Shown here piece after piece: positions 57,367 to 64,000 of a stretch of DNA of 64,000 nucleotides. Numbering within the stretch: the stretch's first letter is position 1; every line of letters begins with the position of its first letter. The notes under the pieces were generated by a model. It did not search any database. It was given only the letters and a program-made list of their open reading frames with translations, and had not been told where the DNA came from. Both the position numbers and the translations under genes were made by a program. The stretch is from an uncultured bacterium (lineage in GTDB: Bacteria; Patescibacteriota; Minisyncoccia; Phycocordibacterales; Phycocordibacteraceae), in assembly GCA_963851445.1 (NCBI GenBank), contig CAWKPH010000001.1, forward strand, positions 61,813 through 125,812. The letters run 5' to 3'.

Positions 57367-57575
57367 AGATTAAAAAAGATCAGCCATTTGCTCGGCTCTT
57401 CCTCATCTCATCTAGTAGATGAAAGAACTCCTCCCTCAGACAGTCATCTGTCTTGCTAGGAACGACGAGTGCAATAACAATGTTCTAAGCTAAGACACAA
57501 ATACACTGAAAAGTGCATCTTGTCAATTTTGCGCAGCCTCGTAGACGCTGTTGGAACCAGCTTAAAATCTGCATC

Positions 57576-58092
57576 CTAGGAGTTTGTATTATCGGGTTTA
57601 TTCTGCACTCTTCCTCTGTGGCCGTGAGAATCCCCATGAATTGCTCTACGTATTAATCTTTCTTCGGTTTCCCTTGCAATCTTGGGATGCGGTGTATGGT
57701 CCTTTAATTCAAGGTTGTCTCGAAAGAGTTCCGTCTTCTACAGAAGCTTTACTAGATTCAGCCCCAGCTTCCCTATGTCGATCCTCATATGGGATGCGGC
57801 CATTACGTGTAGCGCTCGAAGCGTAATTTGCAGCGTCGGCTATTTGTCGATCATATAAGGTCTCTCCTGGATCCATGTCATATGTGGGAGTCTTATCAAA
57901 ACCGTTGCCATAAGCATAAGAATGACGCTCTTCGTCAATTGAACTTTCAGAATCCAGCTCAGATATTTCCTGTATATCCTGCAGCCTTAGTCCTTCTTCT
58001 GTCGTAGCAGGGTCAGGCACTTCTTCAATGGGTATGAATTTCTTTTTCTTCGGAGCTTCGCCGCCCTCTGACCAGCCACTTTCAAATTGCAT
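57576..58092 (-). CDS. Acidic hypothetical protein (probable frameshift at ~57723-57725)
   Basis: ORF 57709-58092 continues in another open frame (LELKDHTPHPKIARE...PDNTNS*) to TAG at 57576 if one T is removed from a TTT run. Confidence 0.5.
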
Positions 58093-58116
58093 GTTGTTGG
58101 AACTAAGATGCGGCTA

Positions 58117-59226
58117 TTACTGAGAAGTCACTGTAAATGACACGCTACTTGATTTCAAATTGGTAGAGGTGTACGGGCCTTGAGTTAAAAAGATTTCATA
58201 ATTGCCAGGCTGTAGAGGAAAAGTGGTTCCAGCACAGTCCCCGCCAGGAGCTGGTGCGGTTGCTTCATCTATATCACATGAGAATTCTGAGGGTGGGATG
58301 GTAAATGTCATTTGTGTTCCCGCAGAATTAATCAATATTCCTCCATATCCTGGCGTAAAAGTATATCCACCAAAATGTAATATGGTGGTGCTTGAAAATC
58401 CGCTGCCATTTAGAGTTAGATCTGTACCTATTGGGCCCGCGGAGGGGATCACCGAGCTCAATATCGGTACAGTCTGTCCGTTATAGGGAGTATTTGGTAT
58501 TACACTTTGCGGAGTATCTACACGTATTGTTGCAGTACCTGCCGAAACAGCGTTCAGTGTGTATATTTCCCCACCGACAAATTGGGGTTCATTAAGCACA
58601 AGTGTTGCCGGTGCTGTTACTGCAGGACTAAAACCTGATGATGTTCCAGAGTATTCCGTCACAACTGTTATCTGTGCGGTATTGTTTACTGTGTTTGTCT
58701 GATCAAGGGTGAAGACCGTTACCATTCCTACGGACGTATTTTGTGTCGCACTTTCTCCAGATGTAAGAGTGACAGATCCTGGCACTGTCATCGTGACGCT
58801 TCCAGTAGAACTTGGTGGTGTTGCTGGTGAAGTGGTACATGGTTCACCTGTCGTAGAACTGAAGGCTGCTCCTGGAAGACATCCCGTCACGGTTGGTGTG
58901 CCGGGACTATATACTGCCAACAGAGCGTTTGCTGAGGCGCGGGTGATTGGACCGAAGTAACCAACTGCTGGTGAAATACCGTTAGCCTGTTGATAGGCTA
59001 CAACTGCTGCTTGAGTTTCGGTACCGAAGTAACCGGTTGCTCCAGCGGGAATTGAGTACCCCTTAGAAATGAGCCAAGTCTGAAGTGCTGTTACATCAGA
59101 TCCAGTTGAACCTGTGGTGAGATTAGTGCTGAAAGTCGTGCTCGTCATTACTGAAGTTGTTTGGGCAAATACCAGAGCAGGGAGAATCAGGGTCGATACA
59201 AGGAGCGCAATTATTGCTTTTTTCAT
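58117..59226 (-). CDS. Secreted peptidoglycan-binding protein with C-terminal IPT/TIG domain
   Basis: GSDVTALQTWL...GYFGTETQAAV..YQ...GYFGPITRA; PILSSVIPSAGPIGTDLTLNGSGF. Confidence 0.85.
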   Translation of the reverse strand: MKKAIIALLVSTLILPALVFAQTTSVMTSTTFSTNLTTGSTGSDVTALQTWLISKGYSIPAGATGYFGTETQAAVVAYQQANGISPAVGYFGPITRASANALLAVYSPGTPTVTGCLPGAAFSSTTGEPCTTSPATPPSSTGSVTMTVPGSVTLTSGESATQNTSVGMVTVFTLDQTNTVNNTAQITVVTEYSGTSSGFSPAVTAPATLVLNEPQFVGGEIYTLNAVSAGTATIRVDTPQSVIPNTPYNGQTVPILSSVIPSAGPIGTDLTLNGSGFSSTTILHFGGYTFTPGYGGILINSAGTQMTFTIPPSEFSCDIDEATAPAPGGDCAGTTFPLQPGNYEIFLTQGPYTSTNLKSSSVSFTVTSQ

Positions 59227-59372
59227 AAGAGCGACGGTGAAAGAATGTTAATAAAGTAACTATATCACCCCAACACATATTTATTTAGAAGCTGTAGATA
59301 GTAACGATCGAATTAGTTCAGAGGTCCGTAGACCAATTCATACGGACTTGCATTACTTATCAAAAACTAATG

Positions 59373-59446
59373 CGCGGTCGACGGGACTTGAACCCGCAGC
59401 CTCGTCCGTGACAGGGACGCGATCTAACCAATTGATCTACGACCGC
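59373..59446 (-). tRNA. tRNA-Asp(GTC)
   Basis: Acceptor GCGGTCG/CGACCGC, anticodon arm CGTCC-CTGTCAC-GGACG, T-loop TTCAAGT; CCA not encoded. Confidence 0.95.
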
Positions 59447-59477
59447 AGTATTGCGATTGCACATTAACTCCCTGACT

Positions 59478-59726
59478 TTAACGGTTTTTGGGTCCTCGAG
59501 CAAGGCTTTTGAGAAGATCGCGAAGCGCAACGATGGCCCACACCAGATTCAATATAAGGAAAGGCAAGCTCCCGATCAGATAGGAATAAATGATCAACAA
59601 CGCACTCCCGAGAAGATTCCCAGCATCATATATCAGGGAGTGACGATCGATTTTATTGAGTTCGTTTGCGACAAAACACACTAATATAAGAAAAGCACCT
59701 GCGACGCCGATGGATGTGGTAATCAT
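59478..59726 (-). CDS. CBU_0592-like small membrane protein
   Basis: IGVAGAFLIL...YDAGNLLGSALLIIYS...PFLILNLVW; ATG 59726 chosen because the longer ORF overlaps the tRNA. Confidence 0.8.
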   Translation of the reverse strand: MITTSIGVAGAFLILVCFVANELNKIDRHSLIYDAGNLLGSALLIIYSYLIGSLPFLILNLVWAIVALRDLLKSLARGPKNR

Positions 59727-59728
59727 AG

Positions 59729-59802
59729 TGTCGAGGGTGGGAGTTGAACCCACGACCTTCTCTTTATGAGTGAGATGCTCTAACCAACTGAGCTACCCCG
59801 AC
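59729..59802 (-). tRNA. tRNA with CAT anticodon (probably elongator Met; Ile2 not excluded)
   Basis: Acceptor GTCGGGG/CCTCGAC, loop CTCATAA, T-loop TTCAACT. G1-C72 is paired, so not initiator; lacks the C4/C5 typical of Ile2; CCA not encoded. Confidence 0.88.
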
Positions 59803-59849
59803 AGTAGCTTTACCTTACTATGCGTCCTGAGGTTCTTCAACCGTTTCTT

Positions 59850-60887
59850 CTACGATTGAGAGAACATTACATTGATGGTATAGGGACCCACTTGGAAAGT
59901 TTGTACTTCGTTCTGGTTGCTGTTGTTGCCCATATTCCCTGTCGTGAAACTATAGCGAAAGATGTGCATCGTTCCTGATCCATCATACGGGAAAGTTGTA
60001 CTACCTGATTGGAAAAATCCGGCTGGAAATCCATAACCAGAGGGATCTACGAATCCTTGTACACCATCACCACCGCGTGAGAATCCTCCGCGATAAAGAT
60101 GTACAGCGCGTGGCATCACCTCTGAAGAAGCAGTACTTCTGGTTACCGCAAAACTTTCTCCGTCAGCGCCGATTGGACTAGGCGAAGCAAGCACAGAAGA
60201 ACCTCCCGCCACCATGGTAATTGCGTTAGGATTACTATTGACAAGAGTTACGGTCGAACCGTTTACCGTTGCGGTGGCATCGTCAAAGGATACTGAACCG
60301 AAGTCATCAAGAGGTATGAGACCGACCTGGTCGCTTGGCATTTCCTCAATCCATTCAGCAGAAGAATTAGAAGATGCATAGTTCACGGTATTGGAATAAC
60401 TTTGACCGGTTGTATTGTCACGGATAGTTATAAGCCAAAGATTTGATGACTGCTCGCTAAGAGTTGCCGTGACTGAATCGCCTGGAGAAACGGTAAGTGA
60501 CACCGGGTTCGAGCTGCCAGGTAATACCTCATACCACGCTTGGTACTGGGTCGATCCATTTTGAGTGATTGCTTGAGTGCCAGCTTGAATAAGATCGTCG
60601 CTTGATACCCCACCAATGCCTACCCACGTCGCGTCAGCAGCAACCGAAGCACTGGTCGTGACCGACGGAACGGTCCAGGTTCCCGTAACACCCGTATAAT
60701 CCCCGCTCGAGTCAGCAATATACCCGGACCAATTGCGCGAAAGGTTCGTACTTATAGCGGAATTCGGCGCAGCAGCATGCGCGATCCCGGAACTGAATAT
60801 ACCTATCAAAGCGAACACCATTATAAATGCGATGCCACGGTGAGCTGCTTTTACAGCGAATTTAGAAGATGAAATGCCTCTTGCCAT
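59850..60887 (-). CDS. G1 family glutamic endopeptidase
   Basis: NWSGY, WVGIGG, LIQAGT (catalytic Q), AWYE, SAEWIEE (catalytic E). Confidence 0.9.
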   Translation of the reverse strand: MARGISSSKFAVKAAHRGIAFIMVFALIGIFSSGIAHAAAPNSAISTNLSRNWSGYIADSSGDYTGVTGTWTVPSVTTSASVAADATWVGIGGVSSDDLIQAGTQAITQNGSTQYQAWYEVLPGSSNPVSLTVSPGDSVTATLSEQSSNLWLITIRDNTTGQSYSNTVNYASSNSSAEWIEEMPSDQVGLIPLDDFGSVSFDDATATVNGSTVTLVNSNPNAITMVAGGSSVLASPSPIGADGESFAVTRSTASSEVMPRAVHLYRGGFSRGGDGVQGFVDPSGYGFPAGFFQSGSTTFPYDGSGTMHIFRYSFTTGNMGNNSNQNEVQTFQVGPYTINVMFSQS

Positions 60888-60951
60888 ACCTTACATACGT
60901 ATTTGACGGGGCAGATGGTGCGAACTTACATACCATACGTGGGTCTAGATG

Positions 60952-61632
60952 CTAGAATTTTCCGAAATCAATGATTGGTTTCCCTATGACTGCGTTCTGT
61001 GGAATCGCGAAGATTGGATTAAGTGAATCGTTGGTATCTGAAATGAAATATTCCCCCGACGGAACCACGCTGCTATCTATGGTGTCACCTGGGACTCCTA
61101 TAATTTGTTGAAGCTGGTATTCACTTGGGTTGTCTGCCGTGCCTGCAACGTGCGCAATTACGACGTCTCCCTTCAGGGCATGGGTACTCCATTTTTCGAC
61201 GAGAAGATAATCACCAACCTCATATCGTGGAGCCATGGTATTGTCCGTCACGATAAACGGCTCCACAACAAATGAGGGAATGGAGATAATGACTGTGGTA
61301 CCCAGTATCCCCCCGACGACACAGGTGGTAAGCCATACCATGAGGAATCGTAGTATCGAAGCATCGTAGTAAAGCTTGTAGAGAAGATATGCTCCGTAAG
61401 AGCCCAGTAGTAGGCCGGCGACATACCAGAGCCAGGCAAAGCCCCCAAAGGCCTCGCCGAGAATATAAAAAAGCACCACCACTATGGCAGAAACGAATAT
61501 GACAACCACTGAGTGTGCATAGGTGCTCTCATCAGGCATATACAGGCTTGTTATGACCCGGAGAAGGAGCGAACCGAGGAGAAGTGCGGCTATTACAATG
61601 AATAGAACGAGCAGTATAAAAACCACATACAT
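60952..61632 (-). CDS. Multi-TM protein with degenerate S26 signal peptidase domain
   Basis: Four TMs, then FVVEPFIVTDNTMAP...GDYLLVEK...GDVVI...IIGVPGDTI...VPSGEYFI. Confidence 0.75.
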   Translation of the reverse strand: MYVVFILLVLFIVIAALLLGSLLLRVITSLYMPDESTYAHSVVVIFVSAIVVVLFYILGEAFGGFAWLWYVAGLLLGSYGAYLLYKLYYDASILRFLMVWLTTCVVGGILGTTVIISIPSFVVEPFIVTDNTMAPRYEVGDYLLVEKWSTHALKGDVVIAHVAGTADNPSEYQLQQIIGVPGDTIDSSVVPSGEYFISDTNDSLNPIFAIPQNAVIGKPIIDFGKF

Positions 61633-61775
61633 ACGGATATTGTAGCATTTGAAAGATTTTGCCCATTTCCAGGCTTTGGTCTACCATACGTGCATGCCTA
61701 TGATAGGCTCTTGACTTCTCAAACATGTGATGCCAAGTGGACGTTCAATTACTTATAGAGTTAAATCTTATCTGT

Positions 61776-62882
61776 ATGACTATCGCATCTACTCTGTCGG
61801 CCCGTCAGTGGGCCTACCTCGCACTATCGGGGTTGCTTTTAGTAGCGGCAGTTTTGTTCTTTGGTGCACATATGAGTCGCGCAGAGAGTTCTTCAGTGAT
61901 GATCACCTCAAGCGATGCAAATCCAACAGTTGCAAAGGTGGGTGACACCGTTACTCTTTCATTCATTACGAGTGCAAGTACTACCAACCCTACGGTCGCA
62001 ATCGAAGGCCATAGCGTAGGTGTTTCAGGAGGCCCAACCAACTGGACGGCAAGCTATACCATCCAAGCATCTGACCCAGCCGGCATCGTTCCTTTTGTGA
62101 TCGATGCAAGCGGTACGGTACTCACCAGCACAACTAATAATTCAAGCGTTGTCGTGTACAACGGCGGCCCAACAGTCGTGTTGACGACTCCGTCTGCGAC
62201 AGAGCCGAATCGTACGAATCAGACTACTGTACCAGTCATGGTTACATTCTCTGAGCCGGTGCTTGGTTTTAGCGCAGGAAACCTAAAGACGCCTGAAGCG
62301 TCGGTGAGTAATTTCGCTGCACAACCTGGAGGTCAAATCTATACATTTGATTTGACCCTTAATCCTCAGTACAACACTTTCTTTGCCTACGTTAAGGCTG
62401 ACCAAGTGACTGATGCTGCGGGAAATTACAACTCTTACTCTAACGAGCTGTCGTTCCTCTATAGCCCTACGGGGCTAGGAGAAGGTCCTAGTAACATGGG
62501 AGGAGTAGTTATGACGCAAAGTGCTCCCCACGTTACCGTTACAACTGTTACAACGACTCCCCCTCCGCAAACTGAACCGAGCCTCATGACGGGCACGGCA
62601 GCCGGTACGGGTAACATGACTACTCACGAGAACTCGATGCCAGCGGGTATGGTAATGAGTGCTACACCTCCTTCTACGAGAGCCACAAGCATGACAAGCT
62701 CGACGAGTGGTCTCATGGGAACCTCAAGCAATATGATGGCTTCTTCGAGCGCATCCACAACTCCAGGAACAAGTGGTTCTGGTCTAGGCTCTCCAGCAGT
62801 ATGGGCAGGTATTATCATCATCCTTATCCTTCTTATAGGAGGAGGTTGGTGGTATTCACGCAACGTAACTCCTACGGTCTAA
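61776..62882 (+). CDS. Surface protein with Ig-like domains, Met/Ser/Thr-rich stalk and C-terminal TM anchor
   Basis: AKVGDTVTLSF, VTFSEPVLGF...VTDAAGN; start placed at ATG 61776 (ORF track 61737). Confidence 0.8.
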   Translation: MTIASTLSARQWAYLALSGLLLVAAVLFFGAHMSRAESSSVMITSSDANPTVAKVGDTVTLSFITSASTTNPTVAIEGHSVGVSGGPTNWTASYTIQASDPAGIVPFVIDASGTVLTSTTNNSSVVVYNGGPTVVLTTPSATEPNRTNQTTVPVMVTFSEPVLGFSAGNLKTPEASVSNFAAQPGGQIYTFDLTLNPQYNTFFAYVKADQVTDAAGNYNSYSNELSFLYSPTGLGEGPSNMGGVVMTQSAPHVTVTTVTTTPPPQTEPSLMTGTAAGTGNMTTHENSMPAGMVMSATPPSTRATSMTSSTSGLMGTSSNMMASSSASTTPGTSGSGLGSPAVWAGIIIILILLIGGGWWYSRNVTPTV

Positions 62883-62908
62883 TCACCTCAGGGTTCTAGT
62901 GAACTAGA

Positions 62909-62945
62909 ATAAAGCGACCTGGAGATTCTCTCCAGGTCGCTTTAT
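62909..62945. terminator. Bidirectional terminator between convergent genes
   Basis: ATAAAGCGACCTGGAGA-TTC-TCTCCAGGTCGCTTTAT, 17-bp perfect stem. Confidence 0.85.
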
Positions 62946-62989
62946 GTAAATCATATTCGAGCCTCTCACATAGATCTTTACGTGGAAAA

Positions 62990-63619
62990 CTATGTGCAGG
63001 CGGCATCCGTTTTCTCAAGCGCCTTCTGCACGGCTGGGTGTGAATTTATTTCGTCAAACCAACGCGAAACATTTGGGTAGTCGGCAAGAGAAGCGCCGTC
63101 CATACTCTTAAACGCACGTACCCAAGGCCAGGTCGCCATGTCCGCGATTGAGTAGTCACCTGCTAAGTAGCTAACCGTACCAAGACGCTTATCGAGTACT
63201 TCAAGAAGGCGTTTTGTTTCGTCGGTGTAGCGTGTTATCGCATAAGGGATCTTCTCGGGCGCGAAACGTGTAAAGTGAGCAAGTTGTCCAAACATAGGCC
63301 CAACACCTGCCATCTGGAACATGAGCCACTCAATGACCTGGTATTTACCTTGCAGGTCTTTGGGCATAAATTTTCCGGTCTTTTCTGCGAGATACTCCAG
63401 TATCGCTCCAGACTCAAATATCGTTAGTGTTTTATCAGGTGCATCGCTATCAACCAGAACCGGAATCTTGTTATTCGGGTTGAGTGCGAGGTATTCAGGG
63501 GTCTTCTGCTCCCCTTTCGCTATATTGATAGGGATTAATTCATACTCAAGACCAAGCTCTTCTAGTAGAATCGGCACTTTGTATCCATTTGGTGTTTTCC
63601 ATACATATAGTTTCAGCAT
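62990..63619 (-). CDS. Glutathione S-transferase (YfcG/YghU-like)
   Basis: TPNGYKV, NPNNKIP, FESGAIL, YSIADMATWPW. Confidence 0.93.
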   Translation of the reverse strand: MLKLYVWKTPNGYKVPILLEELGLEYELIPINIAKGEQKTPEYLALNPNNKIPVLVDSDAPDKTLTIFESGAILEYLAEKTGKFMPKDLQGKYQVIEWLMFQMAGVGPMFGQLAHFTRFAPEKIPYAITRYTDETKRLLEVLDKRLGTVSYLAGDYSIADMATWPWVRAFKSMDGASLADYPNVSRWFDEINSHPAVQKALEKTDAACT

Positions 63620-63730
63620 AAAAAATTGTTACTGGTATCTTCTCAGTGTACACACGCCGCTCAAAACCCCACTAAGGGGATAACTGCACGCAAGTAAGCT
63701 CATTGTTACAGCGATTAGATGAAGATTCGG

Positions 63731-64000
63731 TTACGGCAAAAGCGGCGCCAGTGAAATGGCCACACAGAATGCTACAAGCACGACTAGTGAGAATAGGAAC
63801 GTTTTTCGAGCCCACGTAGCGTCGTCGCTTACTCTAAACCCCCGAACACCCTGTACGAACCAGGCAAGACCGACTATCGCTATGAGAATGAAATAAACAT
63901 AACCGGCGTAGCCCACTGCAAAGAGGAGTGAGGTAAGAGCAATGAACGCGATTATATAGGAGAGAATGTGAATCTTTGCAGCACGCATGCCTTTGACAAG
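63731..64000 (-). CDS. cyoE: Heme o synthase (protoheme IX farnesyltransferase), 3' part only
   Basis: KGMRAAKIHILSYIIAF...GYAGYVY...DDATWARKTFLFS closely parallels the CyoE C-terminus as I recall it. Confidence 0.8.
   Translation of the reverse strand, partial: LVKGMRAAKIHILSYIIAFIALTSLLFAVGYAGYVYFILIAIVGLAWFVQGVRGFRVSDDATWARKTFLFSLVVLVAFCVAISLAPLLP

Larger units (their letters stand above)
50649..58104. repeat. Dispersed (CT)GTTGGAAC motif at gene boundaries
   Basis: Copies at 50649-50659, 52044-52063, 57541-57560 and 58096-58104; the middle two match at 18/20 (GTRGRCGCTGTTGGAACCAG). Confidence 0.7.

Noticed and set aside
23501-58104. Classical integron attC sites
   Set aside because: No proper RYYYAAC...GTTRRRY pairs (GTTCCAAC is one base off and lacks a partner) and no IntI gene in the window.
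1-64000. Prophage, intact IS element, rRNA or replication origin
   Set aside because: No phage structural genes, transposase, rRNA-like sequence, dnaA or clustered DnaA boxes were seen.

Overview
A 64-kb bacterial chromosome segment using genetic code 11, with almost all genes on the minus strand. It most likely comes from a Patescibacteria/CPR (Parcubacteria-like) genome. This is inferred from the CPR-type peptidoglycan-binding domains, a shortened RF2, scarce Shine-Dalgarno sites and many apparently leaderless genes. Core content: a MarR-controlled efflux operon, DsbA, a DEAD-box helicase, typA, mltG, an ABC-F protein, pyrG, ftsEX, prfB, a metal-homeostasis block (NRAMP-like, TMEM175, YibE/F, Fur/Zur with znuACB), two cold-shock genes, dipZ, an RND pump, several surface proteins, the 3' end of cyoE and five tRNAs (Gln-CTG, Thr-CGT, Thr-GGT, Asp-GTC, Met-CAT). 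The most notable feature is two arrays of accessory genes lying 3' of tRNA-Gln (~19.5-31.1 kb) and tRNA-Asp (~50.6-59.4 kb). Their gene boundaries carry short repeats resembling the tRNA T-arm or 3' end. These include inverted T-arm pairs abutting stop codons and hybrid 'tRNA 3' end-GAC-NNN-GTT(G/C)GAAC' direct repeats. The Gln array also holds a putative serine-recombinase remnant and a truncated nucleotidyl-cyclase fragment. Together these suggest a tRNA-anchored, integron-like cassette-accretion system (inference). Six apparent single-base frameshifts, three of them in pyrG, are probably sequencing errors.
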